Assembly (NCBI GenBank): GCA_002789915.1
Contig: PFUD01000032.1
Coordinates: 1,850 to 65,849 of the forward strand
Direction: 5' to 3'
DNA: 64,000 nucleotides
DNA from: Comamonadaceae bacterium CG_4_9_14_3_um_filter_60_33
GTDB taxonomy: Bacteria > Pseudomonadota > Gammaproteobacteria > Burkholderiales > Burkholderiaceae_C
In this document: positions 9,155 to 18,711 of the stretch, one piece after another
Numbering within the stretch: the stretch's first letter is position 1
Layout of the letters: each line of letters begins with the position of its first letter
Notes under the pieces: model-generated
The model's input: only the letters and a program-made list of their open reading frames with translations
Database searches by the model: none
What the model was told of the DNA's origin: nothing
Position numbers and translations under genes: made by a program

Positions 9155-9831
9155 GATGCGCCCTCGACTTCCTTGAATTTGCTCACCGTGTAACGCTGTA
9201 GCCGAACCTCTGGTGCCCAAAAATCAGGCGCAAGCCCGGCCTTGTGCTTGAGGTGGGCCATGAACTCAGCTGCGTTGGGCAATTGCTCCCAGACCTGCGG
9301 CAAAAAAGTGCTGCGGTAACGCCCGAACTCAAACACCACGCCATCCACGCCAGGGCGCAGTTGCGCCAGCGCATCGGCTTCAGAAGCAAATGGCATGGGC
9401 TGCATCGCCGACAGCACCGAAACCTCGACGGTGGTGATGTTGAGCTCTGCCAAGGTCAACGGCGCAAAGCGCGGGTCGCGCAAGGCTGCCGCAACGGCAT
9501 TGGCCCGGATGTCCTGGATGAGCGGACGGTGCGCTTGCAGTGAGCCGATACAACCGCGCAATTGCTCGCGCTGGTTTAGCGTGACAAAGCTGGCCCCGGG
9601 GGCGTTCAACATTTGGGCAGCCTGACCAGCAGGCTCGGGCGCTGCCACCGGTCGCCTCAAGGCGTTCGAAATAGCGGCTCGGGCAATTTGCAGCAGCAAT
9701 TGGCCATAATCGTCTAGGAGCCAGGGCGGCAGAGCGTTCTGCTGCGTGTCCCCCGCCCTGCGGGCTCCTCCTTTTACCTGCGCAGAACGCTCTGCCGCCC
9801 TGGCTCCTGTTACTGTGGTGTCAGTGCGCAT
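9151..9831 (-). CDS. amrA: AMMECR1 domain protein (AmmeMemoRadiSam system protein A)
   Basis: 226 aa from ATG 9831. Core GASFVTLNQREQLRGCIGSL...DPRFAPL...VEVSVLS is the AMMECR1 signature. The start is inferred from an 11-bp overlap with the amrB stop. It carries an N-terminal extension of about 40 aa. Confidence 0.8.
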   Translation of the reverse strand: MRTDTTVTGARAAERSAQVKGGARRAGDTQQNALPPWLLDDYGQLLLQIARAAISNALRRPVAAPEPAGQAAQMLNAPGASFVTLNQREQLRGCIGSLQAHRPLIQDIRANAVAAALRDPRFAPLTLAELNITTVEVSVLSAMQPMPFASEADALAQLRPGVDGVVFEFGRYRSTFLPQVWEQLPNAAEFMAHLKHKAGLAPDFWAPEVRLQRYTVSKFKEVEGAS

Positions 9832-10639
9832 GGTTTTCTCCTGTAGTGAAGGCCAGCGCCGCATAACCCACCACGCGATTCTTGTCACCGGCCGTGTCGC
9901 CCGAATTGCACAAGCCCAGCAGATGCGGCTGCAACTGGTGCCGCTGGGCTGCCAGCAGCAGGCCATTGACCGGGGTAGCGCCACAGGCCTGCTGGTGGTT
10001 CAGGTGGGTGTGCAATTGCATCATGCCTTGCACCGTGTCGCGGTCCACAGCCTGTGCGGTGGCGTAGGGCAAAAAGTGCGACAGGTCGGAGCTGATCACG
10101 ATCAGCGTTTCGTCATCGCCCCAAAGCACCTCCAGCACCTGGGCCACCTCGGTCGGTGTGGCATCGCCCACCGCTAGCGGCAGCAGCTTGAAATCATCAA
10201 GCGCCAGCTGCAAAAAGGGCAATTGCACCTCGAGCGAATGTTCCTGCGCGTGGGCCGCCGGGCTCACCACCACCTGGGGCAGTGAGCGGATGGCATCCAC
10301 CGCGTCCTGGTCGATTTCGATCTCACCCAACGGCGTGGCAAAGTAGTCAGCGCCGGGCAGCGCCAAGCCGCGCACCGGCACCCGGTGCACCGGCCCGAGC
10401 AACACCACGCGCCGGATGGTCTGGCGCACTGCTGCGAGCTGGGCATAGGCCTGCGCGGCGGTGGCACCGGAGTAAATGTAGCCCGCGTGGGGCACGATCA
10501 GGGCTTTGGGCCGGATAGTGGCCGAGTCGGCAGCGTTGGGCTTGGCAGCAGCCAGCATGGCAAGCACATCGTGTGACAGGGTTTGGCTGCGCCCCGGGTA
10601 AAAAGCCCCGGCGACAGCGGGTGGGCGGACTTGGTGCAT
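9821..10639 (-). CDS. amrB: MEMO1-family protein (AmmeMemoRadiSam system protein B)
   Basis: 272 aa from ATG 10639 (AGGAAG RBS). Starts MHQVRPPAVAGAFYPG, the MEMO/AmrB hallmark, with conserved His-rich dioxygenase-like core (VPHAGYIYSG). Confidence 0.85.
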   Translation of the reverse strand: MHQVRPPAVAGAFYPGRSQTLSHDVLAMLAAAKPNAADSATIRPKALIVPHAGYIYSGATAAQAYAQLAAVRQTIRRVVLLGPVHRVPVRGLALPGADYFATPLGEIEIDQDAVDAIRSLPQVVVSPAAHAQEHSLEVQLPFLQLALDDFKLLPLAVGDATPTEVAQVLEVLWGDDETLIVISSDLSHFLPYATAQAVDRDTVQGMMQLHTHLNHQQACGATPVNGLLLAAQRHQLQPHLLGLCNSGDTAGDKNRVVGYAALAFTTGENHAH

Positions 10640-10872
10640 GTGAACTTCCTTTGCAGGTTGGCCGTGTGCAAAACAAGCCAGATTCTGCGGCAAAAAACTC
10701 ATCACTGAAGTGACTATTCGCAATGTCAGAATGAAAAATTCGATGGTTCACTTCATGCTTGTGAACATGTACTTTTACGACATCGCCCGCCAGGTGCTGA
10801 CTTCTTGACTAGTCGGTACACACTAGACTCACAACGTATAAACTACTGACATTTAACGTTAATTAAACAGCC

Positions 10873-11322
10873 ATGCAAACCCTTTCTCAGTCAGATTTCC
10901 AGGTTGCGTTTGAACACGGTGCCGTGCAGTCGGTTGAAATTGAGCCTTCAGGCTCAAGATTCGCCGTTAAATTTCTCACCTTGTCAGGTGCTGCCATGTT
11001 GGTTCAGTCACGCAAATCTGAACCCAGGCTATTTGGCACGGTGGACAGTGCCCTCAAGTTGCTGCACAAACTGGGTGTACGTCGTATCGTGCTGGCGCGT
11101 CTGGAGCAATGGCAACCCGAGCAGGCAAAGTTGGTGCGCCGCAGTCGTCCGGACCGGGCGCAGGCCTTAACCCGTGCGGCCGAATATGACCGTTGGGTTC
11201 GCGCCAAGGTGAATGCCAGTCGCCTCGACCCACGTCCGGCCATGACTGATGGCGAATGGGAAAGCGTTCGCGCGGCCAAGCGGGCTGATCGCCAGGCGCT
11301 TTTAGTCGGCAAAACTCAATGA
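10873..11322 (+). CDS. two-domain antitoxin candidate: unknown N-terminal domain plus ParD/stability-determinant-like C-terminus
   Basis: 149 aa. The C-terminal part (AAEYDRWVRAKVNASRLDPRPAMTDGEWESV) resembles short stability-determinant antitoxins paired with ParE. 4-bp ATGA overlap with the downstream toxin. Confidence 0.55.
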   Translation: MQTLSQSDFQVAFEHGAVQSVEIEPSGSRFAVKFLTLSGAAMLVQSRKSEPRLFGTVDSALKLLHKLGVRRIVLARLEQWQPEQAKLVRRSRPDRAQALTRAAEYDRWVRAKVNASRLDPRPAMTDGEWESVRAAKRADRQALLVGKTQ

Positions 11323-11618
11323 GCTGCAAATCGTGGCGAGTTGTTCGCCGCCCGGAATACCTTGAAGACCTGGATGCCATTGCGGCGTGGATCGCGCGGG
11401 ACAACCGAGCAGCAGCCGTCGACCTGTGGTTGCTGATTGACGAACAAGTTGACCGGCTCACTGATCCCAATTTTCCACGCCGCATCAGCAACCGGGTGGC
11501 TGACGCTTATGAGCTGGTGGCGCATGAAAACTACATTGTCTATTTTGACCAGAATGAACGCGATTGCACGCTAATCGTGCGCGCGGTCGTGCATGTGGCC
11601 AGGCAGTTCCCGGAATGA
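11319..11618 (+). CDS. parE: type II toxin, RelE/ParE family
   Basis: 99 aa. The pattern RPEYLEDLDAIAAWIARDNRAAAVDLWLLIDEQVDRL...YIVYF....TLIVRAVVH is typical of ParE toxins. Confidence 0.75.
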   Translation: MSCKSWRVVRRPEYLEDLDAIAAWIARDNRAAAVDLWLLIDEQVDRLTDPNFPRRISNRVADAYELVAHENYIVYFDQNERDCTLIVRAVVHVARQFPE

Positions 11619-11654
11619 AACGCGCGCATTTCTTGGTACGTAAGCTGCTATCAC

Positions 11655-12848
11655 TCAGGCGTGTGCCAACCCGCGCGGCTGTAGCGCCAGCAAGCCCAGC
11701 GCCAATGTGGCAAAGCCAATGCCGGCCACAAAGGTGAACGAAGCGCCAAAAGATTGCCATAACCAGCCCGCCAGCCCGCTGGCGATCAGCAGCGCAACGC
11801 CGCTGAGCAGGTTGAAAAAGCCATAGGCGGTGCCGCGTAAATCAGCCGGTGCAGTGTCGGCCACCATGGCGGCCAGCAGGCCTTGCGTCATGGCCATGTG
11901 CAAGCCCCACAGCGCCACGCCCAGCCAAAACACCCAGCCACTGTTGCTGGTGGCCAGCAGCACGTCAGCGGCGATCAACAGCAGCAGGCCCGCGCCCAGC
12001 AGCGTGGTGTGGCGCATTTTGTCGGCCAACTTGCCAAACGGGTAGGCACAGGCGGCATAGACGACGTTCATGCTGATCAGCACCAACGGTGTCCAGGTCA
12101 GCGCCAGGCCGCCTTGCTGGGCACGCAGCACCAGAAAAGCTTCGCTGAATCTTGCCAGCGTGAACACCGCGCCCACGCCCACCACCCACCAGTAAGCGGG
12201 ACTCAGGCGCGCCAGATTGGCGCGGCTGATGGGGTTGACGCGCTTGGGGGCAAGCGGCCGGTCGGGCTCTTGCACACCCCACACCAGCAGCGCCACGCAC
12301 AGCACAGCCGGCACCGTGGCCACCCAGAACACAGCGCGAAAGTCGTCTTCCCAGAGCAGCATGAAGCCAATGGCCAGCATCGGCCCTAAAAAAGCGCCCA
12401 CGGTGTCGAGCGATTGGCGCAAGCCGAAGGCGGCACCGCGCAGCTCGGGCGGCGCGATGTCGGCCACCAGCGCATCACGCGGCGCACCGCGGATGCCTTT
12501 GCCCACGCGGTCGGCCAGCCGGGCGGTGATGATCCAGCCGCTGGACGTGGCCAGCGCAAACAGCGGTTTGGTGATGGCGCCCAGGCCGTAGCCCAACACA
12601 GCCAGTGGCTTGCGTTTGCCCCAGTAGTCGCTCAGGGCGCCAGAAAATACTTTGACGATGAGCGCCGTGGCCTCGGCGGCACCTTCAATCAGCCCGACCA
12701 CAAAGATGCTGATGCCCAGGGTGGTGACCATGAATACCGGTAGCAGGCTGTGAATGAGCTCGCTCGACACATCCATCAGCAGGCTGACAAAGCCCAGCGC
12801 CCAGATGCCAGCAGGCAATTTGCGCAAGGGTAGGGGTTGTGGGGACAT
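11655..12848 (-). CDS. MFS transporter
   Basis: 397 aa and about 12 predicted TM helices. MFS loop motif ADRVGKGIRGAPRDAL. Confidence 0.8.
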   Translation of the reverse strand: MSPQPLPLRKLPAGIWALGFVSLLMDVSSELIHSLLPVFMVTTLGISIFVVGLIEGAAEATALIVKVFSGALSDYWGKRKPLAVLGYGLGAITKPLFALATSSGWIITARLADRVGKGIRGAPRDALVADIAPPELRGAAFGLRQSLDTVGAFLGPMLAIGFMLLWEDDFRAVFWVATVPAVLCVALLVWGVQEPDRPLAPKRVNPISRANLARLSPAYWWVVGVGAVFTLARFSEAFLVLRAQQGGLALTWTPLVLISMNVVYAACAYPFGKLADKMRHTTLLGAGLLLLIAADVLLATSNSGWVFWLGVALWGLHMAMTQGLLAAMVADTAPADLRGTAYGFFNLLSGVALLIASGLAGWLWQSFGASFTFVAGIGFATLALGLLALQPRGLAHA

Positions 12849-12874
12849 GGCTAAGTCGCTATCGCAACATGGCG

Positions 12875-12968
12875 GTCATTGCTTGAGCGTGAGCGTGTCA
12901 TTGCGAGCGTAGCGTGGCAGTCCATGCAGTCGGAAGTCATGGATCGCCGCACTTTGCTCGCGATGACG
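12875..12968. repeat. composite GC-rich palindromic element (GTCATTGCGAGCG family)
   Basis: GTCATTGC occurs twice (12875 and 12897) and the inverted arm GCTCGCGATGAC at 12955-12966. Related fragments lie near 50606-50645 and 60925-60955. Confidence 0.5.
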
Positions 12969-12989
12969 ATTCAGGTACATGCCCGGGAA

Positions 12990-14033
12990 TCAGCGCACCA
13001 GCACGGACGCTGTATCGCCGCGCGGGGCAATCACGCCAATCTCGTACACCGTTTCACCGGCCGCGCGCAGCATGGCGGCGCAGGCTGCGGCATTGGCAGC
13101 ATCAATCACCACCACCATGCCAATGCCATTGTTGAAAGTTCGGTTCATCTCGGTGTCGTCAATGCCCGCCGTGGCCTGCAACCAGGCAAACAGCTCGGTT
13201 TGGGGCCAGCTGCCTTTCACCAGATGGGCGGCCATGCCTTCGGGCAGCACGCGCGGAATGTTCTCCAGCAAGCCGCCGCCGGTGATGTGCGCCAGCGCCT
13301 TGATGGGGTGCGCCGCCAGGGCGGCCAGCACGTTTTTGACATACAGGCGGGTGGGTTCCATCAGCGCCTGTTTGAAGGGCTTGCCGTCCAGCGTGGTGGG
13401 CACGGTGCCAGCGGCCTCGGAACGCTCGATGCATTTGCGCACCAGGCTGAAACCGTTGGAATGCACGCCGCTGGAGACCAGGCCCAGCACCACGTCGCCG
13501 GGCTCCACATTGGCACCATTCAAAATTTTGGACTTTTCAACCGCGCCCACCGCAAAACCGGCCAGGTCGTATTCTCCGGCCGGGTACATGCCGGGCATCT
13601 CTGCCGTTTCGCCGCCGATCAGGGCGCAGCCGGAGAGCTCGCAGCCCCTGGCAATACCGCCCACCACGGCGGCAGCGGTGTCCACATCGAGCTTGCCGCA
13701 GGCAAAGTAATCCAGAAAGAACAGCGGCTCGGCGCCTTGCACCAGCACGTCGTTGACGCTCATGGCCACCAGGTCGATGCCCACGGTGTCGTGCATGTTC
13801 CACTCAAACGCCAGCTTGAGCTTGGTGCCGACGCCGTCGGTGCCGCTCACCAGCACCGGCTCCTGGTAACGCTTGGGCACTTCAAACAGCGCGCCAAAGC
13901 CGCCAATGCCGGCCAGCACGCCTTCGCGCATGGTTTTTTTGGCGAGCGGCTTGATGCGTTCCACCAGTGCGTCGCCGGCGTCGATGTCAACGCCGGCGGC
14001 TTTGTAGGAAAGGGGAACGGTGGATTGGGTCAT
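12990..14033 (-). CDS. purM: phosphoribosylformylglycinamidine cyclo-ligase (AIR synthetase)
   Basis: 347 aa from ATG 14033 ([29 protein letters not shown]...). Collinear PurM signature throughout ([16 protein letters not shown]). Confidence 0.95.
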   Translation of the reverse strand: MTQSTVPLSYKAAGVDIDAGDALVERIKPLAKKTMREGVLAGIGGFGALFEVPKRYQEPVLVSGTDGVGTKLKLAFEWNMHDTVGIDLVAMSVNDVLVQGAEPLFFLDYFACGKLDVDTAAAVVGGIARGCELSGCALIGGETAEMPGMYPAGEYDLAGFAVGAVEKSKILNGANVEPGDVVLGLVSSGVHSNGFSLVRKCIERSEAAGTVPTTLDGKPFKQALMEPTRLYVKNVLAALAAHPIKALAHITGGGLLENIPRVLPEGMAAHLVKGSWPQTELFAWLQATAGIDDTEMNRTFNNGIGMVVVIDAANAAACAAMLRAAGETVYEIGVIAPRGDTASVLVR

Positions 14034-14130
14034 AACAATGTGCAGGTGGGGCCAAGGGACGGGCTGGCGGCGCGCCTGAAGCCCGATAGAATTTAGGCTG
14101 ATTTTAAGGGGTTGGCTTTTCGCCATTTCA

Positions 14131-15225
14131 ATGCAATTTACTTCCACACAAAAAAGAGCCCTGGCCTGGTTTGGGTTGCTGCTGGGCACCGTGGCCATGC
14201 TTTGGCTTCTGGCACCGGTGTTGACGCCATTTGTGGTGGCGGCAATTCTGGCCTACGCATTGACGCCGGTGGTGGATCGAATTGACCACTTGGGTCGGGG
14301 CCGCATCCCGAGGCTGCTGGCGGTAGTTTTGGTGGAAGTTGTTTTCCTGCTGATGCTGCTCGCGCTGATGCTGCTGGTGGTGCCGATTCTGGTCAAGCAA
14401 CTGCCGCAATTGCGTGAGCAGGTGCCACCGCTACTGGACCGATTCAACGTATTTTTGCAGCCTTTTTTGGCGCAGTTCGGCCTGCAGGTGTCGTTTGACG
14501 TAGCCGGGCTCAAGGACTTTGCCATGGAGCACCTGAGCGCCAATTTTGAAGACTTGCTGGGCCAATTGCTGGCCTCGGCCAAACTCGGCGGCAGCGTGGC
14601 GCTCTCTTTGGTTGGCAATGCCGTCTTGATCCCGGTGGTGCTGTTTTACCTGCTGATGGAATGGCGCCGCTTTATCGACCTGGTGCTGGTACTTGTGCCA
14701 CCGCGGCTGCGCCCGGCGGTGGACAGTTTTACCTCCGAGGCTGACCTCGTGCTGGGCCAGTACCTGCGCGGCCAGTTGTTGGTGATGGTGTTGCTGGCAA
14801 TTTATTACAGTATCGGGCTGGCGCTCTTTGGTCTGGACCTGGCGCTGCCCATTGGTGTATTCACCGGCCTGGCGGTGGCCATTCCGTACCTGGGCTTCGG
14901 GCTGGGGCTGATACTGGCCACACTGGCGGGTTTCCTGGAGTTTTCGGCGCAGGCGGGTCACGTTGATGTGCTGGTGATGGTGGCCGTGGTGTATGGCCTG
15001 GGTCAATTGGTAGAGAGTTTCTTTTTGACGCCCTATCTGGTCGGCGAGCGCATGGGGCTGCACCCGGTGGCCGTTATTTTTGCATTGCTGGCGTTTGGTC
15101 ATCTGCTGGGTTTTGTTGGCGTGTTGATTGCCCTGCCGCTCAGCGCCGTGCTGGTGGTGGCGATTCGCCGCATGCGCGCGGCCTACCTGGAAAGCGCGCT
15201 TTACCAGGACACACAAAGCGCATGA
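14131..15225 (+). CDS. AI-2E family transporter (PerM/YhhT-like permease)
   Basis: 364 aa, multi-TM. It occupies the conserved purM / perM-hda position. Confidence 0.8.
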   Translation: MQFTSTQKRALAWFGLLLGTVAMLWLLAPVLTPFVVAAILAYALTPVVDRIDHLGRGRIPRLLAVVLVEVVFLLMLLALMLLVVPILVKQLPQLREQVPPLLDRFNVFLQPFLAQFGLQVSFDVAGLKDFAMEHLSANFEDLLGQLLASAKLGGSVALSLVGNAVLIPVVLFYLLMEWRRFIDLVLVLVPPRLRPAVDSFTSEADLVLGQYLRGQLLVMVLLAIYYSIGLALFGLDLALPIGVFTGLAVAIPYLGFGLGLILATLAGFLEFSAQAGHVDVLVMVAVVYGLGQLVESFFLTPYLVGERMGLHPVAVIFALLAFGHLLGFVGVLIALPLSAVLVVAIRRMRAAYLESALYQDTQSA

Positions 15226-15908
15226 TGCAACAACTGGTGCTGGACATGGGCCGGCCCACCGAGCCCAGCCTTGCAAATTTCTTTCCCGGGCCCAACGAGG
15301 CGGCGCTGGCGCACCTGAAGCTCTGGTTGGGTCATGCGGGCAGTTTGCTGCGCTCACCGGTGCCCAGCTACCTGTGGGGCGGTAGCGCCTGCGGCAAAAC
15401 CCATTTGCTCAAAGCCGTGTGCGCCGCGCTGCAAGCGCAGGGCGAATCAGCAGGCTGGCTCGATGCCAGTGTGCAGGCTGCGCCAGAGTTCGATGAGTCC
15501 TGGGCTTGCGTGCTGATGGACGACGTGCACGCTTTCAGCAGCGCGCAGCAGCAACTGGCGTTCAACTGGTTTGTCCACGCCCAGACCCTGCAAATTGCGG
15601 TGCTGGCCAGCGGCAGCCTGCCACCGTCCGACCTGAAGCTGCGCGACGACTTGCGAACCCGGCTGGGCGGCGGCCATGTCTTTGCGCTGCAGGCGCTGAG
15701 CGAGGCGGAACGCCGCGCCGTGTTGCGCCAGGCGGCCCAAGTGCGTGGCATCTTTTTGAGCGACGAGGTGATGGACTTCATGCTGACCCGTTTCAGCCGG
15801 GATTTGGGCTCACTGATGGATCTGCTCGACATGCTGGACGGTTACGCCCTGCAAACCAAGCGCGCCATCACCATTCCCTTGATCAAAACCATGATGGACA
15901 ACACATGA
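15222..15908 (+). CDS. hda: DnaA regulatory inactivator Hda
   Basis: 228 aa DnaA-domain-III-like AAA+ protein without a DNA-binding domain. Walker A GGSACGKTHLL. ATGA overlaps on both sides. Confidence 0.85.
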   Translation: MMQQLVLDMGRPTEPSLANFFPGPNEAALAHLKLWLGHAGSLLRSPVPSYLWGGSACGKTHLLKAVCAALQAQGESAGWLDASVQAAPEFDESWACVLMDDVHAFSSAQQQLAFNWFVHAQTLQIAVLASGSLPPSDLKLRDDLRTRLGGGHVFALQALSEAERRAVLRQAAQVRGIFLSDEVMDFMLTRFSRDLGSLMDLLDMLDGYALQTKRAITIPLIKTMMDNT

Positions 15909-16576
15909 CAATAAAACTGGCCTTGTTCGACCTCGACCACACCCTGCTGCCGCTGGATTCCGATTACGAGTGGAATGTCTTCACCACCGCGCTGGGCTGG
16001 CACGACCCGGTTGAGTTCAATCGGCAAAACGACTCTTTTTATGCGCAATACCAGGCTGGCACCCTCGACATTCATGAATACGTGCGCTTTGCAACGGCGG
16101 CCCTGTGCGCCCAAGGCGCAGAAAAGTCGCAGTCGGCGCATGCCAAGTTCATGGCGACCGTCGTGCAGCCAGTCATTCGGCCCGCCGCCCTGTCTCTGGT
16201 GCAGCAGCACCTGACCGCTGGCGACGCGGTGGTGATCGTGACCGCCACCAACGAATTCGTCACGCGCCCGATTGCCAGCGCCTTTGGCGTGACCGAGCTG
16301 ATCGCTGTCAGGCTAGCGTGCGACGCCGACAGCGGCTGGTTCAGCGGCGAAATATCGGGCACGCCGTCGTTTCGCGAAGGCAAGGTGGCGCGGGTGGAGC
16401 AATGGCTGGCCGAGCGCGGCCTGACCTGGGCCAGCGTGGAGAGCAGCTTTTACAGCGACTCCATGAACGACCTGCCGCTGCTGGAAAAAGTGACGCATCC
16501 GGTGGCTACCAACCCCGAAGACCGGCTGCGCGCCATAGCGTTAGAGCGCGGCTGGCGCATACTTGATCTCTTTTAA
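15905..16576 (+). CDS. HAD-IB family hydrolase (SerB-like phosphatase)
   Basis: 223 aa from ATG 15905 (MTIKLALFDLDHTLLPLDSDYEW). DxDxT motif I, and motif IV YSDSMNDLPLL. The longer 15506 ORF is an overlap artefact. Confidence 0.8.
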   Translation: MTIKLALFDLDHTLLPLDSDYEWNVFTTALGWHDPVEFNRQNDSFYAQYQAGTLDIHEYVRFATAALCAQGAEKSQSAHAKFMATVVQPVIRPAALSLVQQHLTAGDAVVIVTATNEFVTRPIASAFGVTELIAVRLACDADSGWFSGEISGTPSFREGKVARVEQWLAERGLTWASVESSFYSDSMNDLPLLEKVTHPVATNPEDRLRAIALERGWRILDLF

Positions 16577-16593
16577 CAACACCTACAACAACA

Positions 16594-18189
16594 ATGATTA
16601 AAAAATTCATCAACAGGCTGCTGGGCAAAGCTGTCCCAGCCGAGAAACACCCCTTTGGCAAACGCCTTGAAATCGGCCCGACCGAGCACGGCATTGACCC
16701 CAAGCTGGTCGATGAGCGCGCCATCAACGTGGTGCGCACACTCAAACAGGCGGGTTTCGAGGCCTACATCGTTGGCGGCGCTGTGCGCGACCTGATGCTG
16801 GGCCTGGCGCCAAAAGACTTCGATGTGGCCACCAACGCCACGCCCGAGCAGGTCAAGAGCTTGTTCAGGCGCGCCTTCATCATTGGGCGGCGCTTTCGCA
16901 TCGTGCATGTGGTCTATGGGCGCGGCCGCGAGCACGAGGTGATTGAGGTCTCCACGTTTCGCGCCCATCTGGATAACGTGGCCGCCGAGCAGGTGGCAGG
17001 CAATGAGAAAACCAGCAAGAGCGAACTGGCCGGCATGACGCACGCAGTCGACAGCCACGGCCGGGTGCTGCGCGACAACGTCTGGGGCCCGCAAGAAGAA
17101 GACGCTGTGCGCCGCGACTTCACCATCAACGCCATGTATTACGACCCAGAGACGCAGATCGTGGTCGATTACCACCACGGCATCAAGGACTCCAAGGGCC
17201 GCGTCATCCGCATGATTGGCGACGCCGCAGCGCGCTACCGCGAAGACCCGGTGCGCATCATCCGCGCCATTCGTTTTGCCGCCAAGCTCAATGCCTTGGG
17301 CTTCCAGCTGGAGCCCAAAACCGCCACGCCGCTGCTTAAATCCCTGGCGCTGCTGGCCGACGTGCCGCAAAGCCGCCTGTTCGACGAAATGCTCAAGCTG
17401 CTGCAAACCGGCCACGCGCTGGCTTCCGTCGAGCAACTCAAGACTTTGGGCCTGGCGCAGGGCATTTACCCGCTGCTTGACGTGGTGGTGGAGCGCGCCG
17501 AGACGCCGTTTGTCAAGTCTGCGTTGCAGGATACCGACCGCCGGGTGGGCGAAGGCAAACCGGTGGCGCCCAGCTTCTTGCTGGCCTGCGTGTTGTGGGC
17601 CGATGTGCGCGACGGCTGGGCTGCTCGCATTAAGGCGCAGCAGCATTCGCACCCGGCCCTGCAGGATGCCATCGAGGACGTGTTCAACGCCCGCATTGGC
17701 GACGTCTCCGGGCGTGGCAAGCTGGCCGGTGACATGCGCGAGATTTGGCTGATGCAGCCGCGCTTCGAGAAACGCGTGGGCAGTGCGCCGTTTGGCCTGG
17801 TCGAGCAGGTGCGCTTTCGGGCAGCCTTTGACTTCATGCGCTTGCGCGCTGAAAACGGTGAGCTAGAGATGGTGTTGTCAGACTGGTGGGAGGCCTTCAG
17901 CATGGCCAACGACAACCTGCGCAACGACATGGTCGATGGCGTCAAGCTGGAGCAACAGCAGCGCGCCCGGGCGCCGCGTGCACCACGCGTGCACTCGGTG
18001 CCGAGTCGTGTCGCCAACGAGTCGGCAGCACAAGCAGCCGGTAAAGAAGCCGCACCGGGTCGCCCGCCACTGCCTGCTGATGCGCTTTCAGGTGATGGCG
18101 CTGAAGCCCCCAAAAAGCGCCGCCGTCGCCGCCGTCCAACGGGTCGCGGCGCGGCGGGTGATGCACCGGCGCAAGACCCGCAGGCCTGA
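16594..18189 (+). CDS. pcnB: poly(A) polymerase I
   Basis: 531 aa. Nucleotidyltransferase head IVGGAVRDLMLGLAPKDFDVAT and a basic C-terminal tail with KKRRRRRRP. Confidence 0.9.
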   Translation: MIKKFINRLLGKAVPAEKHPFGKRLEIGPTEHGIDPKLVDERAINVVRTLKQAGFEAYIVGGAVRDLMLGLAPKDFDVATNATPEQVKSLFRRAFIIGRRFRIVHVVYGRGREHEVIEVSTFRAHLDNVAAEQVAGNEKTSKSELAGMTHAVDSHGRVLRDNVWGPQEEDAVRRDFTINAMYYDPETQIVVDYHHGIKDSKGRVIRMIGDAAARYREDPVRIIRAIRFAAKLNALGFQLEPKTATPLLKSLALLADVPQSRLFDEMLKLLQTGHALASVEQLKTLGLAQGIYPLLDVVVERAETPFVKSALQDTDRRVGEGKPVAPSFLLACVLWADVRDGWAARIKAQQHSHPALQDAIEDVFNARIGDVSGRGKLAGDMREIWLMQPRFEKRVGSAPFGLVEQVRFRAAFDFMRLRAENGELEMVLSDWWEAFSMANDNLRNDMVDGVKLEQQQRARAPRAPRVHSVPSRVANESAAQAAGKEAAPGRPPLPADALSGDGAEAPKKRRRRRRPTGRGAAGDAPAQDPQA

Positions 18190-18197
18190 ACACGGTC

Positions 18198-18683
18198 GTG
18201 GCCATCCCGGAAAGACCAGAGGTATTGGCTTACGTCGCGCTGGGGGCCAATCTGGGCGATGCACGGGCCAGCGTGCGGGCAGCCATGCAGGACGTTGCCG
18301 CCTTGCCTCATACGCAACTCGTCGCCAGTTCGAGCCTGTACCGCACGGCGCCTTTCGAGGCCACCGGGCCTGATTTCATCAATGCCGTGGTGGCTGTCTC
18401 GACCCGGCTGAACGCGCCCGAACTGCTGTTGAATTTGCAGCATCTTGAAAACGGGGCAGGGCGTGAGCGCGCGTATCGCAACGCGCCGCGCACGCTCGAC
18501 CTCGACATCCTGCTGTATGGCGAAGCCAGCATTTGCAGCCCCACGTTGCAGGTGCCGCACCCGCGCATGTGGCAGCGGGCTTTTGTGCTGGTGCCGCTGG
18601 CCGAGATAGCGCCCAACCAAGTAAACGCCGCCCAACTCGCGGAGGTTGTAGCACAACTCATCGAACGCATCGATTTGGCATAA
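18198..18683 (+). CDS. folK: 2-amino-4-hydroxy-6-hydroxymethyldihydropteridine diphosphokinase
   Basis: 161 aa, GTG start. HPPK motifs LDLDILLYG and VPHPRMWQRAFVLVPLAEI. The pcnB-folK order is conserved. Confidence 0.9.
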   Translation: MAIPERPEVLAYVALGANLGDARASVRAAMQDVAALPHTQLVASSSLYRTAPFEATGPDFINAVVAVSTRLNAPELLLNLQHLENGAGRERAYRNAPRTLDLDILLYGEASICSPTLQVPHPRMWQRAFVLVPLAEIAPNQVNAAQLAEVVAQLIERIDLA

Positions 18684-18711
18684 TCTGCCATAAATTCTCA
18701 GGAGTAAAACC

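Noticed and set aside
12879-14096. 405-aa ORF antisense to purM (also 12979-13710)
   Set aside because: purM on the minus strand is unambiguous. The plus-strand products are His/Gly/Ala-rich GC artefacts.
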